DNA from: an uncultured delta proteobacterium
Lineage (GTDB): Bacteria > Desulfobacterota > Binatia > UBA9968
Assembly: GCA_963745835.1 (NCBI GenBank)
Contig: CAVUZH010000003.1
Span: forward strand, 1,152,001 to 1,216,000
Length of the DNA: 64,000 nt
Reading direction: 5' to 3'
Below the pieces are notes generated by a model. That model did not search any database, was not told the DNA's origin, and worked only from the letters and a program-made list of their open reading frames with translations. Position 1 is the stretch's first letter. Each line of letters opens with the position of its first letter. The position numbers were made by a program, and so were the translations under genes. Positions 52,538 to 61,792 of the stretch are shown here, piece by piece.

Positions 52538-53983
52538 TCACGCCCAATAAGTGGTGCGGTCAACGGGAATATGCTGCAGAATCTCTCCCGGCACATATTC
52601 TTCGAGGCGGATTCTGGCGAGAGCCTCTTCCGGACATTTGGACACCGGCGAGAACGGCCTGTCGAGCGGGCGGGTGGCGTCGATAATCATTGCCGAGGTT
52701 AAGCGCGGGCTGTCAAGCGATGGATCGATGAGACTGGCGCGCATGATTTCGCCAATGATCGAGACTTGGCGGTGGGGCTGAACCCGTGTCGCCAGCGCCC
52801 AGAGAATTTCCGTTGGATTATAAACATCGATGTCCTCGTCGAAGACGAAGACATTCTTACACCAATCCCATGTCAAAACCGCGGCGGCGGCGCGACCGGG
52901 ATCTCCTTCGGACATTTTTTTCATTGAGATAAACACATTCAACAGAGCATGGCGGCCACTGGTACACACGGCTTGAACGTTGGGCACCGCCTCGCGGCAT
53001 CGGCGCAGATACGCGCCTTCGCGCGCCAGATCCATCCACGGCTTGTCGCCCTCCGGCGTGAGAATTGACATGTGCATCGCGTCCCGGCGGCGCGTAATCG
53101 CCCGCACTTCGTAACAAGCCGATTGCTGAAATCCCTGCATCCCCAGATAGCCGTTCACCTCGCCGAACGGACCTTCGACGATTCGCTTTCCCGGCAGCAA
53201 CGCACCTTCGATGACTATTTCGGCATCAGCGGGAACGAGTAGACGCTCGCCCCAGGTTTCCGAAGGCGTCAAGCGTAGCGGCTCCTGCAGATAGCCACCG
53301 ATAATTTCGTACTCGCTGATCTCGAACGGGCCGCCATAGCAGGCGCCCATTTGATAGCCAGGATGATGGCCGATCACGGTGGCTACCGGGCATTCTTCGT
53401 TGGCTTCTTCGTAGCCGCGGAAAATGCGCCACATATGCTGCAAGGTCATAAGGAAGCCGGCATGGTTTCGATCCTTGACTTCCATCCGATGATACGAAGC
53501 GTTGTAGACGCCGCTGTTGCGATCCCGAGCAACGCTCGACATATCGATATAAGGCCCGCCATCCATCTCGTGATGGCGCATCAACGGCAACTGGTAAAGA
53601 TCGACGTCTTCGGCGTTCTGAATGACTTCTTTAACCGGCGCCGCCCTTCTATCGACGAGAATAGGCGCGATCCTGCCTGCTTCGCGGCGCAGGATTTCGC
53701 GCGCCATTTCGGCGCGATCCATCTCCTTGGGCACACCCAACGCCACCTGGACCTTCTTCTGAGTGTTTTCGGTGCCGATGACAAGGTGGATCCCGTTCAG
53801 CTGCCCGTATGGGTTTAACGGATTATTGAAGATTAAAATAGGAAAACGCTTGATCGCTCCAAGCTGTTTTACAATCGCAGTCACATCGTAAGTAAGCGGA
53901 TTGACGGTCTTGGAAATCGTCACGACTTCGCTGGGATAAGTCCGGCGCATGTCATCTAGGAACGTGCGTAGGTTTTTCGGCAT
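52538..53983 (-). CDS. UbiD-family (prFMN) decarboxylase
   Basis: DLYQLP..HH..DGGPY, YHRM, VPADAEIVIEG, EGPFGE..GY, DEDIDV, WALATR. Confidence 0.95.
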   Translation of the reverse strand: MPKNLRTFLDDMRRTYPSEVVTISKTVNPLTYDVTAIVKQLGAIKRFPILIFNNPLNPYGQLNGIHLVIGTENTQKKVQVALGVPKEMDRAEMAREILRREAGRIAPILVDRRAAPVKEVIQNAEDVDLYQLPLMRHHEMDGGPYIDMSSVARDRNSGVYNASYHRMEVKDRNHAGFLMTLQHMWRIFRGYEEANEECPVATVIGHHPGYQMGACYGGPFEISEYEIIGGYLQEPLRLTPSETWGERLLVPADAEIVIEGALLPGKRIVEGPFGEVNGYLGMQGFQQSACYEVRAITRRRDAMHMSILTPEGDKPWMDLAREGAYLRRCREAVPNVQAVCTSGRHALLNVFISMKKMSEGDPGRAAAAVLTWDWCKNVFVFDEDIDVYNPTEILWALATRVQPHRQVSIIGEIMRASLIDPSLDSPRLTSAMIIDATRPLDRPFSPVSKCPEEALARIRLEEYVPGEILQHIPVDRTTYWA

Positions 53984-54318
53984 GTTGAATGGATAATGGA
54001 GAATTGAGAATGGCTGACTATTCGAAGCGCTTTGCTACCTTGGAAGTCTTTACCATAGCGGGTAGTTTGATTAGCTCTCCGCTTTCCGATCCGGTTGCCT
54101 AAAAGTGCTGCTCGTCAATGTACTCGCCTTGATGTAACAGATCCAGCCAATACAACGTTTCCTTTGCTTCCTTGAGCGCGATGCTCATCAAGTGGATAAA
54201 ATCGGCTGCTCCCGGCGTGCTCTGCCTACCTTATCAACACGGCCACCCTTACCATGCAACCGACAATCTGCTTCTGAAGTTCGGAAAAAACGAGCGATTG
54301 TCAGAGACCGAACCTCTT

Positions 54319-55314
54319 CTATTGTTCCAGAACCGAAGGCGCGAACATCTCCTCGATCTTCACCAGGCGCGGGGTCAGCCCCTGCTCGAACGAATACTGC
54401 GCCGTGGTCTCCAGCACCTTGCGATTGGCCGCGATACCGTGGCGGATGAGTGGCGTCGCCAACGCTTTGCGCGCTTCGGGCGGGAGTAAACCCGTTTCAA
54501 GGTGATAAGCGACCGCCTCCATGCGCGCCTTCTCGGCGGCCTCGTTCGCTCGCACGAATGCCTTGAAGAGATTGAGGACCGTCCATGGGTGCCTATCGAC
54601 GATCTCGCGCTTGATCACCATGCAATGGTTGATGGGGTAGATTCCCGTCTTTTGATAGAACCGTACGCCTTCGGCGTGGGGGTCGGGGAAGAGGGTCTTG
54701 AAATCAGGATGGCGATACAGATCCACCGTCGAACGGTCCACCAGATTGTCCGTGCCGGCCAGATAACGTAGTGCGCCGTCGAGCCTACCCTGCATCAGCA
54801 TTTCTCCCATGTTGGTGTCGTTCGGAATGAAATTAAGCTTCACGTCTGGCGGCGGTTTGAAACCCACCGCGGCACTTTGGCTGTGATCGTCGTTGCGCTC
54901 CATCCAGAATTCCATGTCACGTGGATGAACACCATACTCGTGCTGCAGGTAACCGCGCGTCCATAACGCCGCGGTCTGCTGATATTCAGGCACCCCCATC
55001 TTCTTGCCGACGAGGTCGGCGGGCTTTTCGATGCCCCTGTCCTTGCGCACAAGGACCCCGACATTGAACATCCGGCGCGTGGTGAAGACCGGCAGGCCGA
55101 CCCAGCGCGTATCGCCGCCCGCCACAGCCATCAGGAATGACGACATGGACATTTCCGAAACGTCGAAGTCGCCGAACCGGAGCTGTCGCCAGAACAGCTC
55201 GGAGGCGTGCAGAGGCGTGCAGATCAGAGAAATCCCGTCGGCCTTGACCTTGTCTTCAAAGATCGCCCGCGTGCGCGGATTGTTGGCCATGGCAATACTG
55301 AGTTGCAAATCCAT
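54319..55314 (-). CDS. 4,5-dihydroxyphthalate decarboxylase-like protein (PBP fold)
   Basis: ELFWRQL..FDVSEMS, GVPEYQQTAALW.RG, TGIYPINH. Confidence 0.85.
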   Translation of the reverse strand: MDLQLSIAMANNPRTRAIFEDKVKADGISLICTPLHASELFWRQLRFGDFDVSEMSMSSFLMAVAGGDTRWVGLPVFTTRRMFNVGVLVRKDRGIEKPADLVGKKMGVPEYQQTAALWTRGYLQHEYGVHPRDMEFWMERNDDHSQSAAVGFKPPPDVKLNFIPNDTNMGEMLMQGRLDGALRYLAGTDNLVDRSTVDLYRHPDFKTLFPDPHAEGVRFYQKTGIYPINHCMVIKREIVDRHPWTVLNLFKAFVRANEAAEKARMEAVAYHLETGLLPPEARKALATPLIRHGIAANRKVLETTAQYSFEQGLTPRLVKIEEMFAPSVLEQ

Positions 55315-55368
55315 GCTCTGCCTTTCTTGAACTATAGCCCAACAGCCGTCATGCGGCCGAAGCTGCGC

Positions 55369-56391
55369 CTACTCCCAGTTAGCGAAGGCCATGCCGCAGC
55401 CGGTGCCGGCTTCGGAGCGACAGGAGGGCACATAATCGATCAAATTCATCTCAAGGTCGGTCTCCGCCAGGATGCCGGCAACCGTGATCCAGTTTTTCGT
55501 TTCTGAGGTGCCTGATCGAAACATGTTGTCCGGCTCGGCAAATATCGTTTTTGTGTCGCGGTTCTTGATCGCGGTGAGTATTCGGGTGTCAAACTCCTCG
55601 TCGATAACGAAGTGGCTGATGCCGCCCGACGCACAGATTGCGACCCGCTTGTTCCCGTTCTCGCCATTCCAGCTCGCGATTGCGCGCCCGATCGATCTGC
55701 CAAATTCGTAGCACCGCTTCGGCGTGGGTTGATTGGGCGGGAAATAGGTATTGAGCAGGATCGGAATCACCGGCACCGGTCGGTCCTTGAGTATGCGTCG
55801 GTAGATGAAACCGACCGCATGACCTATACCGATGGGTCCCTTGGGGCCTGCCCGCTGCGTCGCCGAGATCGCCACGTCGAACTCATCCGTGATCGCGCCT
55901 TGGATAATGGCATGGGCGAGATCTTTCGGTACTGGATAGATGTGATCTTCGGCCGGGTAGTACGCCGACATCGCCACGGCGATACCCGGAGATTTCGTCT
56001 TCATCTTCTCCTGGTCAAGCGCGGTGTTGATGACCTGTTCACCGCAATAGATCGTGAATGAGGGCTGGATGTCATCGAGAAACCACTCATGCTGGTCATC
56101 GCCCACGACCACGAGAATGTCAGGATCAACATCGGCAACCTTCTCGCCGAGCCGGTCCAAGGCGCGCTGGTTGCGCTCGTGCCGGCTGCAACGGACTTCT
56201 ATCGACATTTCCCTGTGGAAGTCCTTCTCCCCCCTTCGAAGGTCGACCAACTCGGGGAAAGTATAGGCGCTGCCGCGGAACGGATGCTGCGGGTTCTTCC
56301 GGTCATCCGCAGCACGCAGATCCCATCGTTCGGGCGGTGTCGACAGCAACGGTCCGTGTGACGAGCCGAATCCATAAACGATCTTAGCCAT
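55369..56391 (-). CDS. Extradiol ring-cleavage dioxygenase, LigB class
   Basis: SHGPLL, VGDDQHEWF, GHA, NTYFPPNQP...RCY..G, SGGISHF, GTSETKNW. Confidence 0.88.
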   Translation of the reverse strand: MAKIVYGFGSSHGPLLSTPPERWDLRAADDRKNPQHPFRGSAYTFPELVDLRRGEKDFHREMSIEVRCSRHERNQRALDRLGEKVADVDPDILVVVGDDQHEWFLDDIQPSFTIYCGEQVINTALDQEKMKTKSPGIAVAMSAYYPAEDHIYPVPKDLAHAIIQGAITDEFDVAISATQRAGPKGPIGIGHAVGFIYRRILKDRPVPVIPILLNTYFPPNQPTPKRCYEFGRSIGRAIASWNGENGNKRVAICASGGISHFVIDEEFDTRILTAIKNRDTKTIFAEPDNMFRSGTSETKNWITVAGILAETDLEMNLIDYVPSCRSEAGTGCGMAFANWE

Positions 56392-56403
56392 TTTTTCCTC
56401 GTT

Positions 56404-56655
56404 TCAGCCCATCAGGGCGCGGCAGCGCTCGGGCGGCAGCTCGATGCGCACCGTATCGCCTTGGGACATCGCCGTGGACGAATGCAGCTTGAGGCGCAGC
56501 ATCGTGTCCTTGATGGTGACCCGGAACTCGGTCGAATCACCCATGAAGAGCGATGTGGAAACCCGGCCCTCGATGATGTTGCCGCTCCCTGCCGACAACG
56601 GTCCCGGGACGAGGTTCAGGTCTTCGGGCCGGATCACGATCAGAACCTTGTCAGC
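56404..56655 (-). pseudogene. C-terminal TOBE remnant of an ABC ATPase
   Basis: IRPEDL, N.IEGRV....FMG; no Walker motifs. Confidence 0.75.
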
Positions 56656-56930
56656 TTTACGGAGGGATAGCGCTCCCTGAAGGCCGCTGTCATGGTGGGG
56701 AATTGCTTATCGTCCCACGTACCCAGGATGACAACCTCTTTCTCTTTGGCGGCGCCGTCCAACCATGCCTTGGGCACAGCGAGCTCCGCGTCGAGCCCTT
56801 CTAGCATCGAGGCGTTGAGCTTCAGCTCGGCAAGCGCTTTTTGAGTCGCTTTCGGGAGTTCTGCCGCTCCCGTGCCGTGGGCCAGGGTCAGGGCGAGGGC
56901 GGATACACCTAGAAAAATCCGATTGTACAT
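56640..56930 (-). pseudogene. N-terminal remnant of an ABC substrate-binding protein
   Basis: Signal peptide, GAAKEKEV, AFRERYP.VK, then an abrupt end. Confidence 0.75.
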
Positions 56931-56975
56931 GTCGTGTGTACTTCCCCTTGCACGATTGCGTTCTGGTATTCTCTT

Positions 56976-57479
56976 TTAATTAGACGTCTTCAGCACGGGA
57001 TCGCCGCCATACAGTCCCATCTCTGAGCCGCGGTTAGCCTTACCCCGCTCCAGCACCTCGGCTGCTTCCTCTCCGGTGGGGTAGCGAGCTTCAACCTCCA
57101 CCCGGTAATCGTCAGGATCGAGAAAGAACCAGTTGACAATTCCTTCCTCACGCTTATGCCCCACCGGTCCTTCGACTTTGATGCCGAGTGACTTGATATA
57201 ATCCACCGTCTCCTCCGCCTTGGCGGGATCAACGCGATAGGCCCAGTGAATGGCGTGTGGAATCTCCATTTTTGGCATCTCCGGCGGCCGCTTGATGATG
57301 GAAAGGCCGAAGTCGCCGATATACACCTTCATCAGCGGATTCTTCGATTTATCATTGCGCCAAGCCACACGCGCGCCGAGCACTTTCATGTAAAAGTCTG
57401 TGGTGCGGTCCAGATCCTCCACGTAAAACCCGCTGTGACTAATACCCGTGATGCTCTCGCGAAGTAATTTATCGTCCAT
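56976..57479 (-). CDS. VOC (glyoxalase/dioxygenase) family protein
   Basis: GISH.GFYV.DL...FY..VLG, HWAYRV, FLDPD.YRVE. Confidence 0.9.
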   Translation of the reverse strand: MDDKLLRESITGISHSGFYVEDLDRTTDFYMKVLGARVAWRNDKSKNPLMKVYIGDFGLSIIKRPPEMPKMEIPHAIHWAYRVDPAKAEETVDYIKSLGIKVEGPVGHKREEGIVNWFFLDPDDYRVEVEARYPTGEEAAEVLERGKANRGSEMGLYGGDPVLKTSN

Positions 57480-57562
57480 GACTTTTCTCCTCCCTAAGAG
57501 CGAACAAGCCGATCCCAATACTAATTAACGATGCCCGGCGCCGATTCCACGACTGTCACGTC

Positions 57563-58828
57563 CTACTCTGCCGCCGCTTTGCCGGCCAGAACACGCCGAC
57601 AGAAGCTGGGCCCGTCCTCGTTGTCTTCGATGTAGCCCGAAGTACAAATAAAATCAGCGAATTGCGTGTTCGCTGGATCGCGGATCAGGCCCGGCGCTTC
57701 CGCACCATCCTGTATTTGCTTGATGGCCTTGAACAGCGTCTTGCGTACCGCCGCGATGACAATATCGGACGAACCGAGACGCTCCTTGGTGCGGTCTTGG
57801 ATAGGGCCCTGAGTTTCGATCGCAAAGGCATCCTGCGACGGGAAGTGCAGTCCCATGCCACCCCAGCTGTCGCCACGCTTGAGTGCCTCACGATCCTGCA
57901 GATATCGATTTTCTTGACGACGTATATGCCGATTGTCGGGTCCGACATTCTCCGCGCGATTCTTTCGCAGCTTTTCCTTATCCAAGGGCTGCGAATGCCG
58001 ATAAAAGAACTCAAATCGGCAATGCCTAAAATCGTCGATGGGAACATACCAACGTCCCTGATATCCGGCTTCGCCGGTCGACGTCGATGGCGTCGCGCCG
58101 CATGGATAAACGTAGTTGTTGACCCGCAGGTACTTGCGGTTATTTGGAGAATTGTGCAGCGCATAAATCCGCGTGCCGTAGCTCGTGTTCTCCGTGCCGA
58201 TCTCGGGCGGCTCGACGCCTCTCAGGGCGTTGACATCGTTGTCTGAGCGCGCACTGAGCGTTCCAGGGGGTCTGCGATGCAAGAAGGTCGTATGCACCGG
58301 GTCGGTGGAGCTTTCCAACCCCTGCAACCAGTTGCACATCTGTATGACGCGGAACGCCAAGCGGTTCGGTTCGGGCGCCGTCAGGAACTGGAAATCGGGA
58401 ATCAGCGGCGGCTCACCTTGGCCCAAATACGCCCAGATGGCGCCACCTTTCTCCTGCACCGGATATGCGACGTGCCGCACCGTGTCGCAGAACTTCTTGT
58501 CTTCGGGCTGCGCCGGCTGATCGAGGCACTTTCCTTGGATGTCGAAGAGCCAGCCATGATAAAGGCAGCGCAATCCACCGTCCTCGACCCGACCATAAGA
58601 GAGATCCGTGCCACGATGGGGGCAAAACTGGCCGATCAGACCGAGCCGGTCCTTGTCATCGCGGAACAATACAAGATCTTCGCTCATGATTCTGATCGGC
58701 ATCGGCTCAGCTCCGATCGGCATTTCCTCCGCGGTAGCGATGGGCTGCCAATAACTCCGCAACAATCGCCCGCACGGCGTGCCAGGGCCGGTCTGCGTGA
58801 GCAAGTCGTTTTGCACCTGCGTCAACAT
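57563..58828 (-). CDS. Rieske aromatic ring-hydroxylating oxygenase (phthalate 4,5-dioxygenase/LigX-like)
   Basis: LTQTGPGTP.G..LR.YW, CPHRG..L, CLYHGW, DPVHTTFLH, QD..A.E.QG. Confidence 0.93.
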   Translation of the reverse strand: MLTQVQNDLLTQTGPGTPCGRLLRSYWQPIATAEEMPIGAEPMPIRIMSEDLVLFRDDKDRLGLIGQFCPHRGTDLSYGRVEDGGLRCLYHGWLFDIQGKCLDQPAQPEDKKFCDTVRHVAYPVQEKGGAIWAYLGQGEPPLIPDFQFLTAPEPNRLAFRVIQMCNWLQGLESSTDPVHTTFLHRRPPGTLSARSDNDVNALRGVEPPEIGTENTSYGTRIYALHNSPNNRKYLRVNNYVYPCGATPSTSTGEAGYQGRWYVPIDDFRHCRFEFFYRHSQPLDKEKLRKNRAENVGPDNRHIRRQENRYLQDREALKRGDSWGGMGLHFPSQDAFAIETQGPIQDRTKERLGSSDIVIAAVRKTLFKAIKQIQDGAEAPGLIRDPANTQFADFICTSGYIEDNEDGPSFCRRVLAGKAAAE

Positions 58829-59186
58829 ACTAAAAGGTTCCTCCTTGCTACTTTCTACCGGATTCAGCAGGTCGATAGCTCATAGCGTTCAGCTAAAATC
58901 AACTCGCCACCCCTCTCTCACGAGAGCTCTTGGTGAGACAATCGCGAGCGGCGGCGACGCCATTAGGTGCGTGCGATACGCCGGCGTCGCAGAGAGCCAT
59001 CTCTATTCCGGCCAGAGCGCCCATCAGGCGGAAGACGCGAGCGTCTGCCATTCCGTCAGGGCACCGCTTTTTCTATGTCCGCAGGTGTAACCAGTAGCGT
59101 TGGTGAGTCTAGCACCAATATACCTGACCCATCCATTCGATTCACAGGCCATCGCTGCAATTTAGTTTCCTGCTTCAACTAAACTT

Positions 59187-59930
59187 TCAGTGAAAGACGC
59201 TCCCGCCATCCACCACAATCGTCTGACCCGTCATGAAGTCGCTGTCTGACGAACAGAGGAACACCAGTGTGCCCATCAAATCTTCCGGCGTCTGCAGTCG
59301 CTTGATCGAGCGTTCTTTGAGCTGCAGTTCGGTCAGCGCCTTGGGCGCGTTCTGACCTTCGTGCTCGACCAGGCCTGGGGCGATGGCGTTGACGCATATG
59401 CCAAACTCGCCAACCTCCCGCGCCAGTGATCGGGTCATGCCGATCAGCGCAGCTTTGGAGGCGACGTAGTGAAGAAAGTTGGGCGTTCCCCAATAGGCAG
59501 TCGAAGAAGATATATTGATGATCTTGCCGTTCTTCTGCTCTTTCATTTGTGGAAAGACGGCTTTTGCGCACAGGAACGGGCCCTTTATGTTGACCGCCGA
59601 GACCCGGTCCCATTCTTCCGCAGTGATCTCATAGAACGGATGGCGCTGTATGTTGATAAAGATCGCCGCGTTATTCACCAGAATATCGATTCGGCCAAAA
59701 GCCTTCGCCGTCTCCACCGCCATTCGGCGGCTGTCCGCTTCGTCGGAGACATCGATCTTGAGCGCCAGCGCTTTACGGCCCGCTGCGCGGATCTCGTCTG
59801 CTATCGGCTCACCATCGAGAATATCGGCAATGACAACCGCCGCACCTTCCTCGGCCAACTTGCGAGCGTACGCGGCGCCTATGTGGCGCGCCCCGCCGGT
59901 GACGATAGCCACACGCCCGCTCAACCTCAC
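59187..59930 (-). CDS. SDR-family oxidoreductase
   Basis: TGGARHIG, NNAA, YVASK, VNAIAPG, VDGG. Confidence 0.95.
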   Translation of the reverse strand: MRLSGRVAIVTGGARHIGAAYARKLAEEGAAVVIADILDGEPIADEIRAAGRKALALKIDVSDEADSRRMAVETAKAFGRIDILVNNAAIFINIQRHPFYEITAEEWDRVSAVNIKGPFLCAKAVFPQMKEQKNGKIINISSSTAYWGTPNFLHYVASKAALIGMTRSLAREVGEFGICVNAIAPGLVEHEGQNAPKALTELQLKERSIKRLQTPEDLMGTLVFLCSSDSDFMTGQTIVVDGGSVFH

Positions 59931-59941
59931 CGGCCCCTCCA

Positions 59942-60017
59942 GGAGTATTGGAGTAATGGGATGGAGGAGTGATGACTCCGGAACCCAATACTCCAGTACT
60001 TGAGTACTCCATTACTC
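59942..60017. repeat. Inverted 8-nt GGAGTA(T/A)T repeats forming an intergenic hairpin
   Basis: ggagtatt ggagtaat ... aatactcc ... agtactcc attactcc. Confidence 0.75.
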
Positions 60018-60024
60018 CGATTAT

Positions 60025-61647
60025 TCATCCGAGTCCTTTCAGGTGCTCGCTCATGTCGACCGGCTTCCACCAAGTTTCCAATCCGAGCGACTCGGCGATC
60101 ACCCGCGCGGCATTGTATCCAGGCGCGCCGGTAATGTTTCCGCCGGGATGGCACGACGAACCGCATAGATATAACCCGTCAATGGGAGTGCGATAATTTC
60201 CCCACCCTGGGAACGGCCGATTTTCCAGTGCTTGATCGCCCGCGTACTCGCCGACCATCCAATCGCCGCAATACATGTTCCTATCGTGGCGTTCAATGTC
60301 CAATGGCGTGGTTGAATCAGTTGAAAGGATATTGGTTTCATCCAGGTTGGGGGCGAAACGCCGCCAAACCGCCAGCTGCTTGTCGAACCATTCGCCGCGC
60401 ATCTTGTCCCAGTTTTGCGGGTTACCCCAGAGATTATAAGTCGCCAGCTGCCACATAAACGCAGTGGCCTTGCCGGGAGGCGCCTGCGTCGGGTCGTGAA
60501 AAGACGGCGTCGCGCCATTCATAAATGGCTTGCGCGGCAACTGCCCCGTACGACAGTCTTCGAACAAATCGCGCAGATCGTCGTATTCCTCCAATCCGAC
60601 AATGTGCATGAACGAACCGGCGACCTCGGGGTATTTTTTTTCGGTGATGTATTTCGGCCGTTCGTTCAAGGCCAGATTGGTCGCAAAGATCGGCGTCGTT
60701 TTGGAGAATCGGAAATTATTCGCCATCTCGGCAAATTTCGGCTCCAATTTTTCGCGTCCAACCAGCCTTATGAATGTTTCCACCGGATTGACGTTAGAGG
60801 CGATGAACTTACGCGCCTTGATTACCGTGCCATCTTCGAGCACTACCGCCGTCGCTTGTCCCTTGTCGACGAGAATTCGCTCGACTCCGTTGGACTCGAC
60901 ATAATCGATACCGTTGTGCGACATCATGTGCGCCAGGTTGTCTCCCAATGCGTGGGATGTGCCGCGGCAGAGTTGCGGATTGACGCCCCATGCGATCATC
61001 GCCGGGATTAGATAACCTGTGTTGGGCGCGTCCAGCTCGTAACCGCGCATTACGCCTAAGAAAGCGATAAACGCCCGCACCCGTGGATGGTCAAAGTGAC
61101 GCAGCACGAACTCTTCCGGTGTGGTGTCGAAGTACCTCAGGTACTCGCGGCCTTCGGCGGTTCTTTCGAGCAAGGGCCGCTTTTCCTCGAAGGGTATGGG
61201 AACCGCATAGGTTTCCGGGAAAACAATATTTTTCACCACCGGCTGCCAGCGGCTCCAGATATCGAGAAACGTTGCCGCGTCTTTTTTCGAGAACCTCGCA
61301 ATCGTCTCCGCAGTTCGATTCACATCGGCAAACCAGCCTAGGTACGTGTCATCAAGAAAGTGGTGCACCACGCCCGGATCGGGCTTGTAGTAATGGATGC
61401 CGAAATTCTCCAGCTCCAGATCTTTGTACCAGGGAAGCATCATCAGGCCGCGATGAAACACCGAATGAATGTTGTGCCAGAAGCCCGGATAGTCGCGGTC
61501 CTCATGGGAGTCCAGACCGCCGCCCACCTCCATGTTCTTTTCCACGACCATAATTTTCTGGCCGCACTTGGCTAAATAGCCGGCGCAGATCATGCCGTTG
61601 TGACCCGCGCCGATGACAACACCGTCGTATTCTAGGATTTTCCCCAT
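60025..61647 (-). CDS. Phytoene dehydrogenase-like FAD-dependent oxidoreductase
   Basis: IGAGHNGM, TPLDIE, YRTPIDGLYLCGSSCHPGG..TGAPGYNAA. Confidence 0.92.
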   Translation of the reverse strand: MGKILEYDGVVIGAGHNGMICAGYLAKCGQKIMVVEKNMEVGGGLDSHEDRDYPGFWHNIHSVFHRGLMMLPWYKDLELENFGIHYYKPDPGVVHHFLDDTYLGWFADVNRTAETIARFSKKDAATFLDIWSRWQPVVKNIVFPETYAVPIPFEEKRPLLERTAEGREYLRYFDTTPEEFVLRHFDHPRVRAFIAFLGVMRGYELDAPNTGYLIPAMIAWGVNPQLCRGTSHALGDNLAHMMSHNGIDYVESNGVERILVDKGQATAVVLEDGTVIKARKFIASNVNPVETFIRLVGREKLEPKFAEMANNFRFSKTTPIFATNLALNERPKYITEKKYPEVAGSFMHIVGLEEYDDLRDLFEDCRTGQLPRKPFMNGATPSFHDPTQAPPGKATAFMWQLATYNLWGNPQNWDKMRGEWFDKQLAVWRRFAPNLDETNILSTDSTTPLDIERHDRNMYCGDWMVGEYAGDQALENRPFPGWGNYRTPIDGLYLCGSSCHPGGNITGAPGYNAARVIAESLGLETWWKPVDMSEHLKGLG

Positions 61648-61671
61648 ATTCTTTGTCTCTGCTCAGGTTAG

Positions 61672-61789
61672 GTTCCAATTGTTCCAGTCGTTCCAACGGT
61701 TCCAATAGTAAAGAACAAACACCCGTGATACCTACCTCGGGGACTGAGAAACGTCTGGAACGGCTGGAACAATTGGAACGTTTGGAACA
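61672..61789. repeat. Inverted arrays of 9-nt GTTCCA/TGGAAC units
   Basis: Four units on each side, related to 52311-52523. Confidence 0.85.
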
Positions 61790-61792
61790 TTC

